Shown: positions 1 through 8,216 of the stretch, piece by piece
Layout: every line of letters begins with the position of its first letter
Numbering within the stretch: the first letter of the stretch is position 1
Origin: Lewinella sp.
Lineage (GTDB): Bacteria > Bacteroidota > Bacteroidia > Chitinophagales > Saprospiraceae
Direction of reading: 5' to 3'
Length of the DNA: 32,379 nucleotides
Assembly (NCBI GenBank): GCA_049650785.1
Contig: JBASAV010000593.1
Coordinates: forward strand, 1-32,379
Program-made: the position numbers and the translations under genes
Notes under the pieces: generated by a model
Database searches by the model: none
The model's input: only the letters and a program-made list of their open reading frames with translations
Told to the model about the DNA's origin: nothing

Positions 1-106
1 CGATACAGCCCTACCAATGGTGGGGGTGATGGCTTTTTGTGGGGCGGTGGCGTTGACATTGCTTAGTGTGGGTAGCCGGCGGATGCCGGCGACTACTTCG
101 GCTTGA

Positions 107-212
107 GGTTAAGTGGTCGGACCGGAACTGGCGCGACCGCTAGTGGTCGGACGACTAGTCGTCCGACCACTTAGAATACCGGCGACTACCGAAAACTTAA
201 CATACAGTTAAC
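107..212 (-). repeat. Dispersed intergenic palindromic element, copy 1
   Basis: The reverse complement aligns along its length with 17638-17742. It contains the perfect 30-bp palindrome AGTGGTCGGACGACTAGTCGTCCGACCACT (142-171) and a third TGGTCGGAC half-site (114-122). Confidence 0.9.
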
Positions 213-295
213 CTCACAGGGGTCGGTTCAGGCACCTGCGCCTTTCTGAAGCAAAGCGGGCCGTCCGGATTAGGAAATCCTGCGCCCCCCCACCC

Positions 296-303
296 TATCT
301 TCG
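296..303 (+). promoter_or_regulatory. Putative Bacteroidota -7 promoter box (TATCTTCG)
   Basis: One mismatch to TAnnTTTG, 4 nt before the ATG at 308. Confidence 0.5.
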
Positions 304-307
304 TCCC

Positions 308-1690
308 ATGTCCGCAAGATTCTCGCGCGTAGGTCACGTGCTCGCCTCCGCTGGTGCCGCCATAGGCGTGGCCAACCTGGTCATCTTTCCCTACCGGGTG
401 CACTACTTCGGCGGGAGTGCTTACATCCTGGCGTTTGTGGTCTTCACCCTCCTGATGGGCATTCCGCTTATGGTACTCGAGAACGCCATGGGCAAACGGC
501 GCGGTACCGATTCTACCGAAGCCTTTGCCCTACCCGCAGCCTCCCCCAATTGGCAGGCCGTGGCCTGGTTGGGCATTCTTACCTCCATCATGGTGGCCTC
601 TTTCTATCTCGTCCTGGCCGGCTGGACGCTGGAGTATGTTTGGAAATACCTGACGGATTACGCCACGGTAGCCGCCACACCCGCCGGACCAGCCTTTGGC
701 GAGGCAATTGGGTCTATTCCACGGGCACTCCTCTTTACGGGCGTGTTTACCGCCTTAGTTGCTTTGGTGTGTTCCCGGGAGCTGTATTCGGGTATCGAGC
801 GACTGGGTAAGGTCGCTATGCCGATTCTGGGTGTATTACTGGTCTTCCTTATTGTGTCACTCCCTATCCTGCGCCCCGCCGCAATGGATTACGGTAATCT
901 GCTCAAATTTGACTGGAGAAGCCTGCTTATCCCAACGGACAACCGGGAGCTGGGCCTCCTGCACGCCCTTGGCCAAGCCTTCTTCAGTTTGGGATTAGGC
1001 GCCGTGTCCATGATGACCTTTGCGGCCCACGCCGACCGGGAAACGAACGTGCTGCGTGCCGCCCCGCAGATCGTGCACCTCGACACGGTTGTCGCCATCC
1101 TCGGAGCGGTCCTCGTTCTCCCGCTGATCGGTGGAGCAGGAGGAGACATCTACAGCGGCCCCCCCTTGGTATTCATCAACCTCGTAGAGATCTTCAAAAC
1201 TTACGGACCCGCCGCGCAGTGGGTCGGGCTGCTGTTCTTTTTCCTGCTGGCCGTCGCTATCCTCACCTCCGCGGTGTCGCTCTTCGAGCCTGCCCTGCGT
1301 ACGATGACCGAATGCTACGGCTGGCAACGCAGTTGGGGTGGACCGGTGATCGGACTGATCGTTTTCGCGTTGGCTGTACCGGTAGTGATATCCTGCTCGG
1401 GTGACGGGCCGGCGTGGCTCACCAACTTCGCCGGAATGGGCGATCCGGGACTTGGGTACTTCAACTTCCTGCTGGAGTGGTTCGGCAGCATCTCGCTACT
1501 TATCGGGGAACTGTTGCTCTGCTGGTTCCTCCTGAAGGTATGGGGACTACCGGCTTTCTTTGAAGAGCTTACCGTCGGCGGGCACCGCGTGACGGCTGGT
1601 GACCGCCAGCGGCTTACCTGGCAATTGCGATACGTGATCCCGATTGGTATCGGTCTCTTACTGCTTGCCAAAATCTGGACCTTGCTGTAA
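308..1690 (+). CDS. Sodium-dependent transporter, NSS/SNF (LeuT-like) family
   Basis: TM1 GAAIGVANLVIFPY resembles GxAVGLGNxWRFPY; also GGSAYIL, GIERLGK, GQAFFSLGLG; about 11-12 hydrophobic segments. Confidence 0.9.
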   Translation: MSARFSRVGHVLASAGAAIGVANLVIFPYRVHYFGGSAYILAFVVFTLLMGIPLMVLENAMGKRRGTDSTEAFALPAASPNWQAVAWLGILTSIMVASFYLVLAGWTLEYVWKYLTDYATVAATPAGPAFGEAIGSIPRALLFTGVFTALVALVCSRELYSGIERLGKVAMPILGVLLVFLIVSLPILRPAAMDYGNLLKFDWRSLLIPTDNRELGLLHALGQAFFSLGLGAVSMMTFAAHADRETNVLRAAPQIVHLDTVVAILGAVLVLPLIGGAGGDIYSGPPLVFINLVEIFKTYGPAAQWVGLLFFFLLAVAILTSAVSLFEPALRTMTECYGWQRSWGGPVIGLIVFALAVPVVISCSGDGPAWLTNFAGMGDPGLGYFNFLLEWFGSISLLIGELLLCWFLLKVWGLPAFFEELTVGGHRVTAGDRQRLTWQLRYVIPIGIGLLLLAKIWTLL

Positions 1691-1779
1691 CCGATAATGG
1701 CGGGCTGGGATAGGCGGTCGCACCGATACTACTTCCTCCTCGGGAACGGCCCGCTTAACAGTTGCGGCTTCGGCAAGGA

Positions 1780-4236
1780 TTATTGTACCACTATACTGAC
1801 ACTGGCGCGTTCCCCGTCGGTAGTGCGGAGGTTCAGCATGTAGAGGCCGGGGGGAAGAGCAGTCAGGGGAATGGGGTGGATACTCGGGCCGGCCGGGAAA
1901 TCTATTTCGGTCAGCTTTCTGATCGTGCGACCCAGGGCATCGACGATGGTCACACTTACTTTGCTAGGCTTACGCAACTGGAACTTCACCGTCCCTGACT
2001 CCGAGGCTGGGTTCGGGAAGAACGAAGCCCGTAGGATCTGTTCCCGGGCGGGATGGCCGATCGCCGTAGCGTTGTCGACTTCCACGTACTGGTAAGGTTT
2101 GATTTCCTGCCAGCTTCCCACTAGTGCATCCGCTACGGGGATGGTAGAAGCGGTAAGCACGGTATCCAGATCGTATCTGCGACCGAGGTTAAATTCGAAG
2201 CCTTTGAATTTTCTGCCTTCGTATATGAAGGGTAACCGCACCAAATTGGTATTAGGGATGGGTCTTAACTCAGGATACTCATTGTAATCATAGCCCATCG
2301 AGTCCGCTTCCAAATGGGAATAGAAACTTCCGAGACGGGACGGGGAAACACTTACGCCAGCGGCCGGCGTGAGGAACGACTCCCGTCCGTTGTGGTCGGA
2401 AGAGACCACGAATTCCAATCCGGAAAATCCCCAAAAGCTGTTGGCTTCATTGATTACGTTCCACATGACACGAAATCCGTTGTGGTTGTACATAATGACC
2501 TCCACCGCGATCTTGCGAAGATTGAAGCCGACGGGCACTTCGCAGCGGACGAAGGGTATCTTGGCCGTATCGGCGGGATTGGTGACGAGCCTGAGGCGGG
2601 TGGATCGACCGATTTCTTGCCGCGTACCATCCGCATCGACTCCGACGAATTTCAGAACGACATCGCTGGGAAATGGCGTGAATACGCGGTTACTGAACCA
2701 TACGTTCCGCACCAACACTTCGTGGATGTCCATCTCCTCCACTAAGCGCGGGTTACCCGTAGTGGTGGGGGTGACGTCGGATACCAGCGTACCCGCCACG
2801 CCGCGTAAACCGGAGTTATTTTCCACGACCGCAATCACTTCGAAGTCACCCGCCGCCGTATACTCGTGGGTGACAGTGAGGGTGCCGTTATCGTTCAGGT
2901 AGTGGGCCTCCTTCAGGCCGTCTCCCCAACGGATATAAACCGGGGCTTGTTGGGAGGCCGTGGAAAGGTCCAGCTCATCGACGCGGATTTGGGCGGTCAG
3001 GGTGGCATCATCCATCGTCACGAGATCGAAATAGATGCGGGGGGCCACCCCCAATTCGGTGGCGTTATACACGCCGGCGTACTCCCCCGCTACTTCGTCG
3101 GGCAGGGGTACGGCGAACAGGCGATAATCCTGGATCACGTCGTAGGGCGGCTCCGACAGGATCTTCAAAAACTCGAGGTTAATCGGCAGTATGTTTTTCA
3201 GCAGCTCCTCGTCCGGGTCGCCGATCTGCGCCAGGTAAGCCGCCTTACTCGAGTCGTTCCAGATGCGGGATTCCAGGTAATTAAATCGGTTGATGAAGTT
3301 CGGTACGCTGGCGAACGTGCGGGTGATCACGGCCTGCTTCGTGGCCCGAATTTTGGAAAGTATGGGATCGACGGCCGTACTGTCGAAGTTGTAGACGTCG
3401 AAGATCGAATTGGACCAGTCGAAATTAGGATCGGGTTCTTCCTTCCACCCTACCCCACCACGACCGGTTATGAAGGTGACCAGATCTCCATAGTTATACC
3501 GGTACAGGCTATCCCCGGCAAAATCTCCACCCACGGTGCCGTTGGGACCCAGGTTGCCGAAGCGGAGATCCAGGTCCGACCATATTTCTCCCATCTTGTC
3601 GGCGAGCCAGCGGCGGCGACCCGCCAATGCGCCCTCCGATTTCATGGGATGGTCGGGGTCGTCGTTGATGTCTTCGGCTTCGGCTACGGTGAGGGAGTAG
3701 TTGCACTGAGGGAGATGCGAACAGATCTGCGGCGTAGCCAGGCAGAATTGACCCGGCGTTGCGCTGAGGATGTGCGTCGGGCCGGGCGCGGATTCTCCGG
3801 ACCCGAATATGGGGTTGCAATTGACTACCGGGAAGCCTTCGAACGAGGTATGGCATTGCCCCTCATTCATGCAACACTGGAAGCACCTTCCATCCCCACA
3901 GTTGCTCTTCATAAGTTGTTGCAGGCCGAAAGTACTCACCCAGGCTCCGAATGCGCCCAACTTTCCCCAGCTAATGGTATTCGTTACAAAGCAGGTCGTA
4001 GCGGCTTTGGCGCAGGTCTCGGGGGAATACCCCTGTTCCAGACAGGTGGAAATGTTGGTGATCCATTTACCGGCTTGCTGGATCCGCTTCAGGTTCTTCA
4101 CGTTCTTGTTGATGTCGCAGCTCACTGCATTACCTGCCTGACAAAACTGGTGGGGCATCCCGTACAGCCTCAGATTTCCAATGGGTATCGAGGGTTGTGC
4201 GCGTAAGCCGTAGCTTGATAAGGAGAAAAGCAGCAC
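1780..4236 (-). CDS. Secreted T9SS type A CTD protein with Cys-rich N-terminus and PKD-like domain (start uncertain, possibly 4260)
   Basis: Signal-peptide-like end GLRA|Q; PKD-like IRWGDG...THEYTAAGDFEV; C-terminal FFPNPAS...IVDALGR...LPPGLYML CTD. Confidence 0.85.
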   Translation of the reverse strand: MLLFSLSSYGLRAQPSIPIGNLRLYGMPHQFCQAGNAVSCDINKNVKNLKRIQQAGKWITNISTCLEQGYSPETCAKAATTCFVTNTISWGKLGAFGAWVSTFGLQQLMKSNCGDGRCFQCCMNEGQCHTSFEGFPVVNCNPIFGSGESAPGPTHILSATPGQFCLATPQICSHLPQCNYSLTVAEAEDINDDPDHPMKSEGALAGRRRWLADKMGEIWSDLDLRFGNLGPNGTVGGDFAGDSLYRYNYGDLVTFITGRGGVGWKEEPDPNFDWSNSIFDVYNFDSTAVDPILSKIRATKQAVITRTFASVPNFINRFNYLESRIWNDSSKAAYLAQIGDPDEELLKNILPINLEFLKILSEPPYDVIQDYRLFAVPLPDEVAGEYAGVYNATELGVAPRIYFDLVTMDDATLTAQIRVDELDLSTASQQAPVYIRWGDGLKEAHYLNDNGTLTVTHEYTAAGDFEVIAVVENNSGLRGVAGTLVSDVTPTTTGNPRLVEEMDIHEVLVRNVWFSNRVFTPFPSDVVLKFVGVDADGTRQEIGRSTRLRLVTNPADTAKIPFVRCEVPVGFNLRKIAVEVIMYNHNGFRVMWNVINEANSFWGFSGLEFVVSSDHNGRESFLTPAAGVSVSPSRLGSFYSHLEADSMGYDYNEYPELRPIPNTNLVRLPFIYEGRKFKGFEFNLGRRYDLDTVLTASTIPVADALVGSWQEIKPYQYVEVDNATAIGHPAREQILRASFFPNPASESGTVKFQLRKPSKVSVTIVDALGRTIRKLTEIDFPAGPSIHPIPLTALPPGLYMLNLRTTDGERASVSIVVQ

Positions 4237-4419
4237 GAGGGAGAAGAGTAGCTTGTTGATGGGAGAGGAATTGCAACGTTAGAAAGGACCACCGCATCAA
4301 TTGACAGGCAGTAGAGGAAGTCTAGTCGCTTCTTTATCGGGCAGCAACCGCAAACGTTACGGGATTCGCAGTCCCGTTTTCATCAACTGCCTCGGATGAC
4401 CGCCGTTGAGAACCGGGAA

Positions 4420-5556
4420 TTAGGCGAGACCGGCAATCAAAAAGCCCAGGTAGGTGCCTAGGCCATTGCCCAGCGCACCCACTAATATGCCCGGCAGGTA
4501 AAGGTCCATTCGGTCGAGGCTCTTCGCCAGGGCAAGGGCGGAAGAAGACCCCCCAATGTTTGCCTGGGAGGCTACGGCCGCCACGTCAATGTCCAGCCGG
4601 AAGAGCCGCGCCGCCCCGAAGACGATCACCCCGTGCACCAGTACGATCACGACCACCAGGATCAGCAGGCGCCAGGCCAGGTCACCGATCTGACCGAGGG
4701 CGGCCAGCTCACAGAAGGCGCCGATCACGGCCAGGAACAGGTAGACCATAAACAGCCCCAGCACCTGTCCACCGGCCAACCGGTGCAGCGCCGGCAACTG
4801 GGCCAGCAGCAGGGCTATAGTGGTCAGCACGAGGATGGAGGGGACGTTCAGGCCTATGTTGTCGAGGATCACCGTCAGGGCATCGGACACGGCCAGACTG
4901 AGGAATCCGATCCCCAGCAGGATGCCGATGGACAACACGCTTACCGACTCGTTTTCGCGTTCGACGTCTTCCATACCCTCTACGGGGAGGTGGCCGACCT
5001 TACCGCGGCGGAGCAGCATCGGTACCGCCAGCGTCACGACCATCCAGACCGCCGTGATGATATTATCTACGGCCGTCATACCCGCGTAGAGTACGCCTTC
5101 GCGCATCATATCGTAGTGAATGGCTATGGCATTGTAGTTCACGCTGCCCCCGGTATAGGTACCGGTGAACATGCCGCTGATGGCCGGATAAAATTCCCCG
5201 AAGTGGGTGGGTCCGTCAATGATATACATACCCGCCATTACCCCGATGGCCGTCGCGGCGCTGCCCAGCAGAAAAAGCCCGAGCATCGGTGCCCCGGCCC
5301 GGCGGATACTCGCCAGATTGACGTCGAGCAACAGGTAAAAGATAGACAGCGGCGCCAGATACCGAAAGATGCCATCGTACACGACCGAGCCCTGACTGGC
5401 GGAGGGTATCAGGCCCAGATTCGCCCAGATGGCCACCACGATGATCACCACCAGGGCGGTACCGAGGTGGCGGAGAAAGGTCTTCCGCACCAGCCACTCG
5501 GAGAGAACCACGCTTCCGCAGAGTATGGCCAGGAGTAGCAGGGGAGAAGATAGCAT
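4420..5556 (-). CDS. DUF819 family membrane protein
   Basis: Polytopic protein with GTYTGGSVNY and VASQANIGGSSSA motifs typical of DUF819. Confidence 0.85.
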   Translation of the reverse strand: MLSSPLLLLAILCGSVVLSEWLVRKTFLRHLGTALVVIIVVAIWANLGLIPSASQGSVVYDGIFRYLAPLSIFYLLLDVNLASIRRAGAPMLGLFLLGSAATAIGVMAGMYIIDGPTHFGEFYPAISGMFTGTYTGGSVNYNAIAIHYDMMREGVLYAGMTAVDNIITAVWMVVTLAVPMLLRRGKVGHLPVEGMEDVERENESVSVLSIGILLGIGFLSLAVSDALTVILDNIGLNVPSILVLTTIALLLAQLPALHRLAGGQVLGLFMVYLFLAVIGAFCELAALGQIGDLAWRLLILVVVIVLVHGVIVFGAARLFRLDIDVAAVASQANIGGSSSALALAKSLDRMDLYLPGILVGALGNGLGTYLGFLIAGLA

Positions 5557-5572
5557 GATGATACATTAATTA

Positions 5573-5627
5573 AGGACACGTCGGCGGACGAACTACGCTA
5601 CGCTACGTTCGGCAGACGACGTGTCCT
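5573..5627. repeat. Intergenic inverted repeat with CTACG tandem loop (REP-like hairpin)
   Basis: AGGACACGTCG...CGACGTGTCCT outer arms, CGAAC/GTTCG inner arms, (CTACG)x3 in the centre. Confidence 0.6.
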
Positions 5628-5628
5628 A

Positions 5629-6423
5629 CTACGACCGCAACAGCTTTTGCTTTTCCCGCTGGAAGGCGGCGTCGGAAAGAATACCGTCCTCCTTCAGCCT
5701 GGCTAGCCGTTCGATCTGGGTAATCAGATCGTCGGAAAGCTCCAGCGTGTCAGCCGGGGCACCGGGACCAGCCTCCTCGGGCACGTCCGGCGCGTTGGCC
5801 GAACGGGGAGCGGGGACCCGGTAGCCGTTGGACTTGAAGGCGGCGTACTCATCGGTCGACCGCAGGAAAGCCAGGTGGTCGTGCTTTTCTATCTCGTCAA
5901 AATCGTAGTAGCCATGCTCGAGCGCCTGACTGAGGTGGTAAAGGGCCGTATCGGTGTCTTCGTGAATGGAATAGAGGCAGGCGAGCTTGAAGTGGACTTC
6001 GGGCTGTCGGGGATCTACGTTCAGGGATCGGCGGTAATCCCGGATTGCCGCGTCAAAGTCGTAGTTGGCATAGTGCTGATCGGCGGTGAGCTGAAACGGG
6101 TCCTTACGGGGTGCGGCCGGAGGCGGGGCAGCGTACTCCTGCCGGGGCGGCTGCGGCGGGGGCGGGGCGGAGTGATTGTACTGATTCTGGTACTGCTGAT
6201 TCTGCTGGGCGGCCCAGAATTCGGGGTTGTATTTGCGGTTGAATTTTTCATCGTCCTGCGTCAGGAGGACGATACCGTCGATCATGGCGATGATCGTGGG
6301 TATAAATGTCCAGACAAACAGCAGGTACACGATTCCCAGCCCTTTCTGACCTAGATAGAACCGGTGCACCCCCAGTCCGCCGAAGACCAGGGCGAAGATG
6401 CCGGCGGTCGTTTTATTCTTCAT
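5629..6423 (-). CDS. TM2/NINE domain protein with TPR region and C-terminal SHOCT domain
   Basis: MKNKTTAGIFALVFGGLGVHRFYLGQ (TM2); Gln/Pro linker; TPR-like helices (VHFKLACLYS); IERLARLKEDGILSDAAFQREKQKLL (SHOCT). Start moved to the ATG at 6423. Confidence 0.85.
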   Translation of the reverse strand: MKNKTTAGIFALVFGGLGVHRFYLGQKGLGIVYLLFVWTFIPTIIAMIDGIVLLTQDDEKFNRKYNPEFWAAQQNQQYQNQYNHSAPPPPQPPRQEYAAPPPAAPRKDPFQLTADQHYANYDFDAAIRDYRRSLNVDPRQPEVHFKLACLYSIHEDTDTALYHLSQALEHGYYDFDEIEKHDHLAFLRSTDEYAAFKSNGYRVPAPRSANAPDVPEEAGPGAPADTLELSDDLITQIERLARLKEDGILSDAAFQREKQKLLRS

Positions 6424-6634
6424 AGGAGGCAAAGGTCGGGAATGAAGGAAGATACTCCAAAGCGTGGAATACACTATTCGACCCGCAGCCAATAGGATGA
6501 CGCGGATCGCGCGATCGGCTCTACGAATGGCGCGCACCCAGCGGCCCCAACCCCATTGGTCCACCGACCGTTACCTTGCACCGCCCGGAAAGCCACAATA
6601 CCTTTCCGCGGAGCGCTATAACCGCCATTGCCCT

Positions 6635-7042
6635 ATGCTGACCGCCCAGACCACCCACCGCGTACGATACGGAGAAACCGATCAGATGGGTTACCTCTAT
6701 CATGGCCATTACGCCCTGCTCTACGAGGTGGGCCGGGCCGAGATGCTACGTGATCTGGGGCTCAGCTACGCCGAAATGGAGAAGAAGGTGGGCGTGATGA
6801 TGCCGGTGATGAGCCTGAACCAACGCTTCGTCCGACCGGCGCGCTACGATGAGGTCCTGACCATCACCACGCAGCTGCGCCACGTGCCCGACCGCACCAT
6901 TACCTTTCACATCGAGATACACAACGAAAACGGTAAATTGGTTAACGGTGGCTCGGTTAAGCTCTGTTTTGTCGACGTCAAAACCGAGCGCACGGTATCC
7001 GTACCCGAGTATTTGCTGCAGGTCATACGTCCGAACTTTTGA
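6635..7042 (+). CDS. Acyl-CoA thioesterase, YbgC/4HBT hotdog family
   Basis: RVRYGETDQMGYLYHGHY...EVGR motif. Start moved to the ATG at 6635. Confidence 0.9.
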   Translation: MLTAQTTHRVRYGETDQMGYLYHGHYALLYEVGRAEMLRDLGLSYAEMEKKVGVMMPVMSLNQRFVRPARYDEVLTITTQLRHVPDRTITFHIEIHNENGKLVNGGSVKLCFVDVKTERTVSVPEYLLQVIRPNF

Positions 7043-8049
7043 GTGTGAAGAAATTCAGCATGACGGCCTTCAAGCAGTACTTCACCGAGCACCCCGTGGT
7101 GATCGGGCTACTGAAGTACAGCAAGGAGAACAGCCTCATCGGATTTCACGGCGTGCCCATTTACGACGTCGTTGTGTTCGTCATCAACGAAGCGACCCGC
7201 GATGACCTTTTCACCCGGGCCAACAGCGTGGCGTTCAGCTTTTTCCTGTCGCTCTTTCCTTCCATTCTGACCATTTTCACCCTGGTCCCTTTCGTGCTGA
7301 ATTTTCTCAGTATCTGGTTTCCCGCGCTGGATAGCTTCAATATGACCCTCTACGAGGAGATCAAGCGCGTCATGCCCGGTCAGGCGGGGGACATTGTATT
7401 CGGGTTCGTACAGGAAATCACGAATTCACCCAAGATCGGACTGCTCAGCTTCGGTTTCTTACTGGCCGTCTACTTTTCCAGCAACGGGATGATGTCACTC
7501 ATGCAGGCTTTTGAGAAGAGCTACGTGAAGGTCTTCCGCCAGCGCGGCTTCCTGCGCAAGCGGATGGTGGCCGTAGGCCTGACCTTCCTTATCGGCCTGT
7601 TCATCATCGCCAGCGTGGTACTCGTCATCATGGGTGACAGCATCATCGGCTGGATCAATTACTGGCTGGGACTCGGCGGTTTCGCCAGCTTCCTGGTGAA
7701 CAGCGTCCGGTGGATCACCATGCTGGCGCTCTACTACATCATCATCGGCTCGCTCTACCGTTACGGGGCGGCTACGATCAAGCGGTTCAGCTACTTCAGC
7801 CCGGGGGTGACACTCGCCACCATCCTCAGTTTACTTACCTCGGTGGCCTTCAGCTTTTACATCGATGGTTTCAATCGGTACGATACCTACACCAAATTCT
7901 ACGGTTCCATCTCCACCATCATCATCGTCATGCTGTGGCTGCAGCTGAACGCGCTGATCCTGATCATCGGCTGTGAGATGAATGCGGCCATTGCCGTACA
8001 CCGGGATTTGACGACGCCGGCGACTCGGGATACGTTGGAGGAGGAGTAG
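7039..8049 (+). CDS. YihY/virulence factor BrkB family membrane protein (start may be GTG 7045)
   Basis: AFSFFLSLFP, FSPGVTLAT, YGSISTIIIVMLWLQL..LIIGCEMNA motifs. Confidence 0.9.
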   Translation: MSVKKFSMTAFKQYFTEHPVVIGLLKYSKENSLIGFHGVPIYDVVVFVINEATRDDLFTRANSVAFSFFLSLFPSILTIFTLVPFVLNFLSIWFPALDSFNMTLYEEIKRVMPGQAGDIVFGFVQEITNSPKIGLLSFGFLLAVYFSSNGMMSLMQAFEKSYVKVFRQRGFLRKRMVAVGLTFLIGLFIIASVVLVIMGDSIIGWINYWLGLGGFASFLVNSVRWITMLALYYIIIGSLYRYGAATIKRFSYFSPGVTLATILSLLTSVAFSFYIDGFNRYDTYTKFYGSISTIIIVMLWLQLNALILIIGCEMNAAIAVHRDLTTPATRDTLEEE

Positions 8050-8216
8050 GGGTTTTGCGCCGGCGCGCGGGAAAATACCCTCTCTCCAAACCTTTCGCAT
8101 CGTAACAACCTCATTCCCTTTACCTGGCAACCGCAACCAATCCGCCTTTCGGGGTGTGTACCTTTACCCCCGGCGGTTTTTGTACAACCGGGCCCTTACC
8201 GAGACTAATATACCCC

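Noticed and set aside
1..59. Possible start of a minus-strand gene (ATG at 59, MSTPPPHKKP...) running off the window
   Set aside because: Only 19 codons are visible and there is no motif to support a call.
107..212. Repeated GTGGTCGGAC units as a CRISPR array
   Set aside because: The units are inverted and few, there are no regular unique spacers, and there are no cas genes.
2866..4206. 446-aa plus-strand ORF
   Set aside because: Antisense shadow of the T9SS gene, expected at high GC; no motifs. The same applies to 4633-5538, 8205-8915 and 24585-25529.
4375..4415. Three loosely 13-bp-periodic CGGTT/CAGTT motifs (minus strand) as LytTR-type sites
   Set aside because: Too degenerate, and no cognate regulator is nearby.
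6424..6634. N-terminal extensions of the TM2 and thioesterase ORFs overlapping head-to-head
   Set aside because: Family motifs begin at ATG 6423 and ATG 6635; the gap holds divergent promoter-like boxes instead.
8050..8216. SAM or cobalamin riboswitch upstream of metH
   Set aside because: No recognisable SAM-I/II or B12-box core sequence; an Infernal search would settle it.
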